The notes beneath the pieces are model-generated. The model was given only the letters and a program-made list of their open reading frames with translations. It did no database searches and was not told the DNA's origin. Position numbers and translations under genes: made by a program. From an uncultured Smithella sp. (GTDB lineage Bacteria; Desulfobacterota; Syntrophia; Syntrophales; Smithellaceae), in the NCBI GenBank assembly GCA_964581635.1, contig CAZOPH010000002.1:7032-71031 (forward strand): a DNA stretch of 64,000 bases. The letters run 5' to 3'. Positions within the stretch are counted from its first letter, which is position 1, and every line of letters starts with the position of its first letter. Of this stretch, positions 21,317 to 31,046 are shown in pieces.

Positions 21317-22782
21317 TTTTTTGTGGATGTTACCTCCAATTTAATTTTGCCTATGGCGCCCAGTAAATCCAGTTGTTCGCCGCCTTCGCCGCGAGCGAGA
21401 CGAATATGCGTAACATCTGCGGGAATCTGGTTTAAAACAGAATCAACGGTGACCCATTGTCCAATATAAGCCAGATTCCAGGCATGATAATAGAAGCGGC
21501 CATTGAGATAAACAAGTCCTGTCTCAATCTGTGCAGGAATACCTGTTGCGCGAAGTAGCGCGGCGGTTAAAACCGCATGTTCATTGCAATCGCCCGCTTT
21601 GTTGTTTAAGACTTCCAAGGCATTGGGCACGGACAAAACAGGTTTTTTTGCTATGGCACGGTAAACCCATTGAACGATTTTTTGAAGTTTGATTTGCGGG
21701 CTGTCTATGTGCAGGACAATTTTCCCCACCTGCGTTTTAATTTCCGTTGCATTGGATTGGACCAGCGGTGACGATTGTAAATACTTTTGAAAAACTATCG
21801 GTTTATCGCTTTCGGAAGTCGTATCCGTCAATGCCTCTTTGGTAATTGTTAAAATATTCTGATGAAACGCTTGTCGTCCGCCTTGCAGCAAAAGAGGTAG
21901 GTTACCGATAACGTCAAATTTGATTTTTATTTCCGTCAATTTTGATGGTGCAGTGATAGCGCGGTTGGAGGGGATCGAAGCGATTTGAGTAAAATCAACA
22001 ACCCCATCCGTTACGATCCCTGCTTGTGCTTGCTTTGCGCTGACCTTTTCCATGGAAAGCCCGAGTATTCCAGTTTCTTTCAATACTTCGCCATCTTTGG
22101 CCAGCCAGGCACAATTTTTAGCACCCATGAAATCGGCGCAGAATTTTTTCGTCAAGACGTGTTTGCCCATAATCGGGATAATTTCATCCGCATAACGGGT
22201 GGCGGATATTTTGCGGAGACTCAGTGTGGATGGGTCAAAAATATTGAAATCGCGACTTTTGTCTTTTTCTAAACCGGATACAAAAGCTGCCTCATAAATA
22301 TTACCGCTGATATGGGGAATATCTTGAAGCGGAATGATGGTTTTCTGCTGGGCACTAGTAGGCAGACCAGTAAATAAAATAAGTTTATTCTTGTTCACAT
22401 GGCCATGAGCATTAAAACGAAACAAACTGGAACTCAGTTCGAAGTTGAAGGAGGAGAAAGACATGTCAGGATTAAGGTCTGTTTCAGTCGATAAATTTAG
22501 CGCTTGCATAACACCCATTGTATTGATCCGCATGGTGACAGATTCCTTGGTCTGGAAGTGGCCGTCTTTCAATGAGTTGAATTTACGATGGATGACGCCG
22601 ATTTTTTTCTTATTTTGATAAATATTCATCCAGGATTCTGGTGCAAGTGAAATCTCAATATTTCGACTGACAGGGGAGTCCACTGGTTTTTCCTTGAACA
22701 ATTCAAGGCGCTCGGCCAGCAGGCCAAGAAAAATCATGGTGATTACAAAACCCCAGACCATATTCCATTTAATTTTTGCCAT
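21313..22782 (-). CDS. Membrane-anchored transglutaminase-like (Cys protease fold) protein
   Basis: C-terminal core AGDCNEHAVLTAALLRATGIPA ... YHAW ... D. An N-terminal TM anchor follows MAKIKWNMVWGFVITMIFLGLL (ATG 22782). The track ORF extends to 22872. 4-nt overlap with the ABC ATPase gene. Confidence 0.8.
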   Translation of the reverse strand: MAKIKWNMVWGFVITMIFLGLLAERLELFKEKPVDSPVSRNIEISLAPESWMNIYQNKKKIGVIHRKFNSLKDGHFQTKESVTMRINTMGVMQALNLSTETDLNPDMSFSSFNFELSSSLFRFNAHGHVNKNKLILFTGLPTSAQQKTIIPLQDIPHISGNIYEAAFVSGLEKDKSRDFNIFDPSTLSLRKISATRYADEIIPIMGKHVLTKKFCADFMGAKNCAWLAKDGEVLKETGILGLSMEKVSAKQAQAGIVTDGVVDFTQIASIPSNRAITAPSKLTEIKIKFDVIGNLPLLLQGGRQAFHQNILTITKEALTDTTSESDKPIVFQKYLQSSPLVQSNATEIKTQVGKIVLHIDSPQIKLQKIVQWVYRAIAKKPVLSVPNALEVLNNKAGDCNEHAVLTAALLRATGIPAQIETGLVYLNGRFYYHAWNLAYIGQWVTVDSVLNQIPADVTHIRLARGEGGEQLDLLGAIGKIKLEVTSTKK

Positions 22783-22896
22783 ATTCGCCAATCTTTCTGA
22801 ACGATTAAAGAAATTAAGCTTACTCAGATTATATCGGTAGGATTGACACCGGTCAACAGGCAGTATTTTCATATACGATTATCTCAAAACATTAGC

Positions 22897-22925
22897 TTGA
22901 CAAATCCACGCTAAGAATATAGAAG
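22897..22925 (+). promoter_or_regulatory. Candidate sigma-70 promoter
   Basis: Perfect TTGACA at 22897-22902. Only mediocre -10 candidates follow: TATAGA at 15-nt spacing, TAGAAG at 17-nt spacing. Confidence 0.3.
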
Positions 22926-22927
22926 AC

Positions 22928-23007
22928 CACACTCTTTATTACTAAGGCTCGATTACGGTGGCTCCCCCATCTGGCAGAGACTCTTCCAAATGTGGGGGGT
23001 TTTTTTA
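22928..23007 (+). ncRNA. Candidate short transcript (about 80 nt) or 5' attenuator ending at an intrinsic terminator
   Basis: It lies between the TTGACA box and a hairpin (CCCCCA 22964-22969 pairs with TGGGGG 22993-22998, with extra pairs inside) that is followed by T7 (23000-23006). There is no coding potential. I recognise no RNA family. Confidence 0.3.
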
Positions 23008-23285
23008 TAGTGAAACGCTAATTCCGTAAGCGAAGTGTAGCGGAATTGGTCAGTTGGACTATCCCGCGAGCAAAGCGAGCAGGGATGGTGAACTCCTCAG
23101 GCAAGAAACATACAAGGCGTGCTGCAATGCGCTGGTCGAAGTATCCCTCGATAGGAGTGAGAAAGGGTAGTTGAAACCTTATGTGAGGAAAGAAGCATAA
23201 CAGAACAAGTAAGTAAAAATATCCCCATGAACGTAGTCTATCGGGATATTTTAAAGATGAGTGTTTTTTAGGAGAGGAAAGTGAA

Positions 23286-25373
23286 ATGAAGTTCGACGAT
23301 CAGAAAATACGCAACATTGGAATCAGCGCGCACATCGATTCCGGTAAAACCACGCTTAGCGAAAGGATTCTTTTTTATACGAAAAGAATTCATGCCATCC
23401 ATGATGTGAAAGGCAAGGACGGTGTGGGCGCCACCATGGATTCCATGGAGCTGGAAAAAGAAAGAGGCATTACCATCGCTTCTGCGGCGACCTATTGCGA
23501 ATGGAAAGGGCATGAAATTAATATCATTGACACGCCCGGCCACGTCGATTTCACCATTGAAGTGGAGCGATCCCTGCGTGTTCTGGATGGGGCGATTCTT
23601 GTTTTGTGTTCAGTCGGTGGTGTTCAGTCGCAGTCCATTACTGTTGATCATCAGATGAAGCGCTACAAAGTTCCCTGCATTGCGTTTATCAATAAATGCG
23701 ACCGAAGTGGAGCCAATCCCTTTCGTGTAATCGAACAGCTTCGAACCAAGCTGGGCCACAACGCCGTCGCCATGCAGATTCCTATCGGACTGGAAACAGA
23801 TCTGCAGGGCGTGGTCGATCTGGTGGCCATGCAAGCGATGTATTTTGACGGCGATAATGGTGAAGATGTTCGCATCGAAGAGATTCCGCAAAATCTTCTG
23901 GTGGAAGCCAAAGCCAAAAGAGAAGAACTCATTGACGCCGCATCCATGTTTTCCGATGAACTGACGGAAGCCATTCTGGAAGAAAAAGAAATTTCTCCTG
24001 AACTGCTTTATACTGCTCTTCGCAAGGGAACGTTAAAAAGAGAACTCACACCGGTTTATATGGGGTCGGCCTATAAAAACAAAGCGGTCCAGCCTCTGCT
24101 CGACGGCGTGACGTATCTTCTGCCCACGCCATCCGAAGTGGAAAACATTGCCCTCGATATGGATAATAATGAAGAACCAGTTGTATTGACCAATGATTCA
24201 GAAAAACCAATTATCGCACTGGCGTTCAAACTGGAAGATGGTCAGTATGGCCAATTAACCTATATTCGGGTGTACGAAGGGACGGTGGAAAAAGGTTCAA
24301 CGATCGTCAATGTGCGCAACGGAAAAAAAGTTAAGGTTGGCCGCGTTGTTCGAATGCACGCGGATCAGATGGAAGAGGTCAATCAGCTGCGTGCCGGATA
24401 CATCGGAGCGTTATTCGGCATTGAATGTTCGTCAGGTGATACGTTTGTATCACCGGGCATCAACATGACCATGACCTCCATGTATGTGCCCAAGCCGGTT
24501 ATCTCGCTGGCCATTGTGCCGAAAGACAACAAGTCGCAAATGGCCATGTCTAAGGCCCTTAATCGATTTTCGAAGGAAGATCCGACATTCAAAACGTATG
24601 TCGATCAGGAAACCAACGAAACCATCATCGAAGGCATGGGCGAGTTGCATCTGGATATCTACGTGGAAAGAATGAAGCGCGAATACAGCGCGGAAGTGAC
24701 CACAGGCAATCCCCGTGTGGCTTACCGTGAAACCATTACACAGCGGGCGGATTTCAATTACACGCATAAAAAGCAAACCGGCGGTTCCGGACAGTTTGGA
24801 CGCGTCGCAGGTTATATCGAACCGATCAGTGATGCAGAATTTGTCTTTGAAAACAAAATATTCGGCGGTTCGATTCCCACGCAATATATTGCCGCCTGCG
24901 AAAAAGGTTTTAAGCAGAGCATGTCCAAAGGACCCAAATTGGAGTTTCCGATTACCGGCGTTAAAGTTGTCATCAACGACGGAGCATCGCATGCAGTGGA
25001 TTCTTCGGACATGGCTTTCCAAGCGGCTGCACGGGGCGCTTTCAAAGAAGCTTTTCTGAGAGCCAAGCCGGTTGTTCATGAGCCGATTATGAAAGTTGTT
25101 GTGGAATCGCCGACTGAATTTCAGGGGTCGGTGATGGGTTTACTCAATCAACGCCGTGGCATGATCATCGGTTCGCAGGACGAGGGTGTCATGTGCGTGA
25201 TTGAAGCTCAGGTGCCGTTGGGAGAAATGTTCGGTTTTTCGACCATCCTGCGTTCATCAACACAAGGCAAGGCACAGTTTACGATGGAGTTTGCCCTTTA
25301 TCGTCAGGTCCCGCAGTCGATTGCGGAAAAAATTGCCCTCGAAGTCGCTCAGAACAAGAAGACAGCCGCATAA
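23286..25373 (+). CDS. fusA: Elongation factor G (canonical GTPase motifs), located outside any str operon
   Basis: 695 aa. G1 [10 protein letters not shown]3 DTPGHVDF, G4 NKCD. AGGAGAGG SD upstream of the ATG. Confidence 0.95.
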   Translation: MKFDDQKIRNIGISAHIDSGKTTLSERILFYTKRIHAIHDVKGKDGVGATMDSMELEKERGITIASAATYCEWKGHEINIIDTPGHVDFTIEVERSLRVLDGAILVLCSVGGVQSQSITVDHQMKRYKVPCIAFINKCDRSGANPFRVIEQLRTKLGHNAVAMQIPIGLETDLQGVVDLVAMQAMYFDGDNGEDVRIEEIPQNLLVEAKAKREELIDAASMFSDELTEAILEEKEISPELLYTALRKGTLKRELTPVYMGSAYKNKAVQPLLDGVTYLLPTPSEVENIALDMDNNEEPVVLTNDSEKPIIALAFKLEDGQYGQLTYIRVYEGTVEKGSTIVNVRNGKKVKVGRVVRMHADQMEEVNQLRAGYIGALFGIECSSGDTFVSPGINMTMTSMYVPKPVISLAIVPKDNKSQMAMSKALNRFSKEDPTFKTYVDQETNETIIEGMGELHLDIYVERMKREYSAEVTTGNPRVAYRETITQRADFNYTHKKQTGGSGQFGRVAGYIEPISDAEFVFENKIFGGSIPTQYIAACEKGFKQSMSKGPKLEFPITGVKVVINDGASHAVDSSDMAFQAAARGAFKEAFLRAKPVVHEPIMKVVVESPTEFQGSVMGLLNQRRGMIIGSQDEGVMCVIEAQVPLGEMFGFSTILRSSTQGKAQFTMEFALYRQVPQSIAEKIALEVAQNKKTAA

Positions 25374-25489
25374 AAAGGTTCAAGGCACGCGGTTCATCAG
25401 GGTGCAAGGTAACAAAGAAGGCAATGGCGGTGTGCAGAGCGATAAGACGGGAAGACAATGTTATCCATTTAACGTATGAGGATATTATC

Positions 25490-26185
25490 ATGATTAAAAA
25501 AGAAATCATTCAACGCAATCCGCTTTTGAATCTGGGATATGACAACGAATATATTTTAGAAAGCGGTGGTTTCGGTGCTGTTTTAGCACATGCCGGTGTC
25601 GGTAAAACCGCTCTTCTGGTTCAGATGGCCCTGCATGCCATGATGAATGAACGGCCTGTGTTGCATGTCAGCTTAAATGACGCCGTCAGCAAGGTGGACG
25701 TCTGGTATCGTGAATTGTTTCATGACATGGCGTCAAAATATGATTCTGCGGAAGTTGCTGAGTATTGGGAGAACATTCTTAATTATCGATTTATTATGAC
25801 TTTTCGCGTTGAAGGGTTCAGTGTTCCAAAACTGGAAGAACGCCTGACCGACTTGATGCAACAAAATATTTTCAAACCTTACGCCGTTATTCTTGACGGC
25901 TTGAAATTTGATGAATCCGGACGCGGTTTACTTTTGGGTTTAAAGGAACTGGCCAAAAAATATTCCATGCGCATCTGGTTTACCATCCACACGCACCGCC
26001 ATGAACCACCCAAGGAAAACGGACTGCCCCTGTCATTTTTGCATGTAGCGGATTTATTCGATGTACTGGTCCAGCTTGCTGCAAAAGGACCGGAAGTTTA
26101 TATCAAAGCCCTCAAAGGCCAGTCGCTCGGCGCTAAACAGGACGCACTGTTGCTTGATCCGGCAACCATGTTAATCAAAGCTTAG
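25490..26185 (+). CDS. Small RecA-superfamily (KaiC/DnaB-C-like) P-loop ATPase, function unknown
   Basis: Walker A AHAGVGKTALL. Walker-B-like YAVILDGLKFDE. ATG at 25490 is preceded by GAGGAT. The track ORF opens earlier, at 25424. Confidence 0.65.
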   Translation: MIKKEIIQRNPLLNLGYDNEYILESGGFGAVLAHAGVGKTALLVQMALHAMMNERPVLHVSLNDAVSKVDVWYRELFHDMASKYDSAEVAEYWENILNYRFIMTFRVEGFSVPKLEERLTDLMQQNIFKPYAVILDGLKFDESGRGLLLGLKELAKKYSMRIWFTIHTHRHEPPKENGLPLSFLHVADLFDVLVQLAAKGPEVYIKALKGQSLGAKQDALLLDPATMLIKA

Positions 26186-26381
26186 CAACTTTGCTAAAGT
26201 GTTAGATTAAATCCTGAAACTTTTTAAGTATTTCGCCTACGAGTCTGCAATGTTGGATTGAAAATAAATGTAAATATTACCATTTGAAAGTCAGCATCTT
26301 AATCCTTATCAGAATAAAATGCTCTTTATTGACCTGTCCAAGTTTTGGTTAGAGGTATGTTAATCTTGCATAGATTTTTTA

Positions 26382-29321
26382 CTAATCGATTTTAAAGCCC
26401 TTCTCCTTGAAAAGGTGCAGGCAGGTATCTGCTACTAAAATATCATAGAGAACACCTTTGTTTTTTTCAATCTCCTCCAAGGCTTTGTCAATACCCAGTG
26501 CAGGACGATACGGACGGTATGACGCCATGGCTTCCACAACGTCCGCCACGGCCAGGATGCGTGCCTCAATAAGAATATTCTCGCCTTCCAGCCCCCGGGG
26601 ATAACCGGAGCCATTCATTCTCTCGTGGTGCTGATGGACGATTTCCGCCAGAGGCCATGGGGATTCCACGTCCTTCAGGATTTCATAACCCTGATGTGCA
26701 TGCTCCTTGATCAATGAATATTCGGCTGCGGCGAGCTTCGATGGTTTGCTGAGGATTTCTGCTGGAACGGAGAGCTTTCCTATATCATGGATCGCCCCGG
26801 CCACCCGGATGCCCTCGATCTGATCCGAAGGGAGATGCATCTCCGTGGCGATGGCCCGGGCCAGATTGGTGGTCCGCTTCTGGTGCCCTGAGGTGTACGG
26901 GTCTTTCGTTTCCATGATCTGCGATAACGCCTGAATCGTCGCCAGCATAGCACGCCGCAATTGCTCAAGGGATTTCTTGAGGTCCTCCTCGGCACGCTTG
27001 TAGTTCGTGATGTCTTCTATAATTGCTACGCCCCCAAGAGAGCTTTTATCGCCCATTTTGATCGGTGCAAAAAAAGCCCTTACCGGTGTCGCTTTTCCCG
27101 CGGTTGTGGAATAGTAAACGTCTTCATAAAATGCGGTATCCCCATTCAGTGCTTTCTGAATAGATTTAACAAGTTTCTTATCAGGAAGTAGCAGCATATT
27201 GATGCCAACAATCGCTTCTCTTGAAGATCCGATAAGCTTGACGAAATTATCATTGCACGTAACAATTACACCTTTTTGATCAAAGTAAAAATGGCCCAGG
27301 GGTGAGTACTCGAAAATCAGGCGATACTTTTCTTCGCTCTCCCGCAAGGCTTCCTCCGTTTTCTTACGGTCGGTGATGTCCCGGATAATTCCCCTGAACC
27401 CAATAGGGTGGCCCTGTGTATCCCGCATGAGGGATATGGAGCTCTCTATGGGTTTCTTTTCACCCGCTTTACTGATTAGCTCCCAATCGATTCCCTTGCT
27501 AGATTCTCCTGTGAGGAAAACCTTGTGGAAGGCCTCAAACACCTTGTGCTCAGAAGCCTTGTCCACGTATTGGCGGAAGTTCATGCCCATCATTTCATCG
27601 TCGGTGTAGCCGAGATTCGAAACAGCTGGGGTATTGAAAAAGGTCAAGTTTCCCTTTAGATCTACCTCGTAGTAGGCTTCCTCCATGTTATCGAGGATAT
27701 TCCGGTAACGTTCCTCTCTCTGCCGGTGAAGCGCTTCATTCTCCAGCAGTGCCTCCTCCGCCTTCTTGCGGTCGGTTATGTCGCGGGCAACAGAAATCGT
27801 ACCCACAACTTGTCCATTACGTATTAAGGGGGATCCATGAATTTCTGCATGCTTTAAGGTTCCATCCTTTGTGACAAATTCATAATCTGCTACCGGAATA
27901 TTTTTACCATTTAACATCATGCTTAGATTGGTTATCGCTCGCTTTAAAGATTGCGGAGTCAAGATATGACTTAAAGCGGAAACAGGTTGGCCAATGAACT
28001 CTTCGGCTTTATACCCCAATAGTATCTCCACGCTAGGAGATATGCTTAGTATATTTAAATCAACGCCAATCATAAAAACAACATCCAATATGTTTTGAAA
28101 TTGCAGTCGATGTTCTTCAACCAATATCCGCAATTGCTGATTGGCTGTTTCCATATCCAGTATTTTCTTTTCCAGTTGGTTGAAAAGGTTATTCTGTAAA
28201 GGATCTTCCGGTTGCTCAGGCGGATGGCAGTCGCCGCTGCCATTGCGTAAAATATGTGTGACAGGTATGGATCGGAGTTTTGCAGCATCGCTGAATGATG
28301 CACCTTCAGCGATCCCATTCTTTATCTCAACGAGGGGGGCTACCTTACTGATTTCACAACCCTTCGACTTCGACTCATACAATGCAGCGTCTGCCCGTCG
28401 CAGGATATCATCGAGGTTATTTTCACCCTTCGACACCATGGCCATGCCGAAACTGACGCCGGTCTGCAATCCACTATTCCGGGCCCAGATTCTGAACTCA
28501 TTCTGAAGTCTCTGCACCGCCAACTCCGCGTCCCCAAGAGAAGCGTTCGTAAGGATCATTACAAACTCGTCACCGCCATATCTTGCAATTATGTCGGACT
28601 TCCTGAAGATCGATCGAGCCATTTCGGAAAAATGCTTGAGAACTTTGTCACCCATTTCATGTCCAAACTTATCGTTGACGTTCTTGAAATTATCAAGATC
28701 GGCGAATATAAATACAAGAGGAATGGTTGACCGCACACTGAGAGACAACAAATATTCCGCAGCATTCAAAAACGCCCGCCTATTTCGTATCCCCGTGAGA
28801 CTGTCATATTCACTTATTTTCATTGCTTCCATTTTCATCAATTCAATGCGCCGCACAAGAAGATATGAATAATAGACACCGACAACAATAAGGAATAAGT
28901 AAAAGTACATATTATAGGTAGGCCACTTTCCGAGAAGACTGTAATGTGTGACTAGGGAAGCTAAACCGAGGATCAGTGCCCCGATCATTGATTCGGCGAT
29001 GACATAAAGCCCATGCTGGATGCCATTGCCGATTGCAGCGATCAGGAGTAACAATATCATGGGGGGAATGGCAAATGGATCGCAGAGAATCGCGACGACT
29101 GCTGCCAAGATGTCTATCCATGAACCCAGGCGAAGCATGATAATTTTTATGCCATACCTTTTATAATACCACCACCAGAAGATATGAAAGGTATAATAGG
29201 AAACAATAATGAGATTGATCTGGTTTACATTGAAAATAAGCGGTGGAATTGGAATATAATTAAAGTAGGTTAACGCCATAGTTCCCAGAAGCATACGGAT
29301 AAAGAACTGAAGGCGCGGCAT
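26382..29321 (-). CDS. Membrane-bound GGDEF + 3x PAS + HD-GYP c-di-GMP signalling protein
   Basis: N-terminal TM bundle. GGDEF domain with intact RYGGDEF and an RKSD (RxxD) I-site 5 residues upstream. Three PAS repeats, each ending in DITDRKK/DITNYKR-type boundaries. HD-GYP with GAIHDIGK and HHERMNGSGYPRGL. The start is uncertain: ATG 29321 versus TTG 29405. Confidence 0.9.
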   Translation of the reverse strand: MPRLQFFIRMLLGTMALTYFNYIPIPPLIFNVNQINLIIVSYYTFHIFWWWYYKRYGIKIIMLRLGSWIDILAAVVAILCDPFAIPPMILLLLIAAIGNGIQHGLYVIAESMIGALILGLASLVTHYSLLGKWPTYNMYFYLFLIVVGVYYSYLLVRRIELMKMEAMKISEYDSLTGIRNRRAFLNAAEYLLSLSVRSTIPLVFIFADLDNFKNVNDKFGHEMGDKVLKHFSEMARSIFRKSDIIARYGGDEFVMILTNASLGDAELAVQRLQNEFRIWARNSGLQTGVSFGMAMVSKGENNLDDILRRADAALYESKSKGCEISKVAPLVEIKNGIAEGASFSDAAKLRSIPVTHILRNGSGDCHPPEQPEDPLQNNLFNQLEKKILDMETANQQLRILVEEHRLQFQNILDVVFMIGVDLNILSISPSVEILLGYKAEEFIGQPVSALSHILTPQSLKRAITNLSMMLNGKNIPVADYEFVTKDGTLKHAEIHGSPLIRNGQVVGTISVARDITDRKKAEEALLENEALHRQREERYRNILDNMEEAYYEVDLKGNLTFFNTPAVSNLGYTDDEMMGMNFRQYVDKASEHKVFEAFHKVFLTGESSKGIDWELISKAGEKKPIESSISLMRDTQGHPIGFRGIIRDITDRKKTEEALRESEEKYRLIFEYSPLGHFYFDQKGVIVTCNDNFVKLIGSSREAIVGINMLLLPDKKLVKSIQKALNGDTAFYEDVYYSTTAGKATPVRAFFAPIKMGDKSSLGGVAIIEDITNYKRAEEDLKKSLEQLRRAMLATIQALSQIMETKDPYTSGHQKRTTNLARAIATEMHLPSDQIEGIRVAGAIHDIGKLSVPAEILSKPSKLAAAEYSLIKEHAHQGYEILKDVESPWPLAEIVHQHHERMNGSGYPRGLEGENILIEARILAVADVVEAMASYRPYRPALGIDKALEEIEKNKGVLYDILVADTCLHLFKEKGFKID

Positions 29322-29926
29322 GTATATTTCGGGCACGAATGCCTCAAATGCTGTGGGAATCTGATTTTCTTTTTTCTTCTGCACGATGATAGTCACCAAA
29401 CACAATCCAGGAAGGCTTTAAAAATCATCTGCTTACATCCCTCCTTATGTCGAGTCGTCGAAAATAAAATTTTATATTTTAAATCGTTTTATTTGCGAAG
29501 CACAACTTCCCCTGTGGAGCAATACAGCAAGTAGCATGCCCGAGACGAATCCATAATAAACTTCAGATCCAATTCGATCACTTTGTTTTTAATTATTAAA
29601 CATTTATCACTTTCGGTACACAAGTCATGTGATGCCTTTCCCTCCTCTCAGCATCCGTGATTTTCACCATCTATCTATAAATTGAACCATTTAGCTTTCT
29701 ACCTGAACCGGATAAAACAATACGTTATAATTTCTCTCTTTTAATCACGAAGATTCTGTCAACACAGGTGGGAGTTTATTTAAATCAATAAGGATTACTG
29801 CTTGCTAGGGAATATGTTCGTCAAAATTATGGGATGCTTTGTTACAGCTTACTAAACAAAAATCTGATTATTTTTTTTAATTAATGCATCAGCAGAAGTG
29901 CTGACGCCATCTATTCATTAAAAATA

Positions 29927-30701
29927 TTATTCAGCTGTTGCCAGCCAACCCATCAAAGCCCAGGGTATCATGGCGAAGAATCCCGCCAGGGCAGGACCTC
30001 CCATACCGGTCAACAGAGCGACTAATGTGTTCCCCAATCCAATGACGATGTATGCGAGCACAGCCAGGCGATCGAAACCTTTATCGTCACAGGTTAGCGT
30101 GTCTCGCATGGTTATCAAATACAGGAAAAAGGCGGTGAAAACCGTTAGCCACCATCCCCAATAATTCTGGAGTGGCACACCGAAATAAGCTCCGGTTACT
30201 TCCCAAACCCATTTTCCGCCACGAACCATATAAGGAACTATAACCACATCCCAAGAAGTCATAACTAGGCCGCCAATCGCCGCAAGCAACAGAAAACGCT
30301 TCCAGCCGGCCAGTTTTGCGCCAGTTAGTCGATTGTCAATTACATAGGACGGATACATCATCATAAACCAGATTATAGGGACAAGGTAAGGGACCAGGCC
30401 GAGGAATTTTGGTCCAAGCGACATCGGTGTAATGATATGGACCATAAATAATTCCCGTCGCCGATCCGATGCTCTCGTAAGCCAGACTGATTACGAAGGC
30501 AAAGAAAAATAATGCCAAACCTCGTTTCCATCCTAGACGTTGCCCGGCATGGACAAGCGCGAAGGAGAAGCCAAACAACGCGACGACCTGGAGGTGAGGC
30601 GCAGGACGGTACAGTTTGAAGGGAAGAGAAATAACGGAGTACACCATCAAAAGGATTAAAATGACTAGCAGGATGATTGTGAAGGATTTCAGTTTATTCA
30701 T
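29927..30701 (-). pseudogene. DUF422 / carotenoid-biosynthesis-protein family membrane protein, split by a single-nt frameshift
   Basis: Two overlapping minus-strand ORFs in different frames (30336-30701 and 29927-30445). Together they reconstitute the family pattern ESIGSATGIIYGPYHYTD | SLGPKFLGLVPYLVPIIWFMMMYPSY. The frame change maps to about 30418-30425. Confidence 0.6.
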
Positions 30702-31046
30702 AACGCCTCCTTAGTCCATATAACGTATTTAATGTTGTTCGTTATTTTTTTAGCATGCCGTAAAAAATCTCTTCCTTTAGTGAAGTTATTTATCGTTCTG
30801 TTGCATTGATACTAGGCGGTACTCATATCGGCAAACATTAGGCATGCAAATACTACTAAAGTACTATTATTCACTTTAGGAGTGCTATCCAAAGAGATAT
30901 GCCTTTCTGTGTCCGATTGTGTTTATGATGGATTGAAGCTCGGCATTTTCTAAGTTGTTGACGCTCGATTTGTTTCAGTTGTTAGTAGAAAACTCAGGGA
31001 TCAATTTTGAATAAACAGATTATTATCGCAAAAGTTGACTGCGCCC

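Noticed and set aside
23010-23210. Possible riboswitch or known structured RNA upstream of fusA
   Set aside because: I compared it by eye with remembered cores of cobalamin (GCCACTG box), c-di-GMP-I (ACGCAAAGC...GGG), ydaO, glycine, SRP (GGAAGGAAGCAGC), 6S, tmRNA and RNase P, and found no convincing match. It is kept only as an unexplained structured leader in the findings.
29927-30701. Treating 29927-30445 and 30336-30701 as two independent overlapping genes, or as programmed frameshifting
   Set aside because: The two halves join into one continuous DUF422 family pattern. The 110-nt overlap in different frames is best explained by an indel. No slippery heptamer or downstream structure is apparent.
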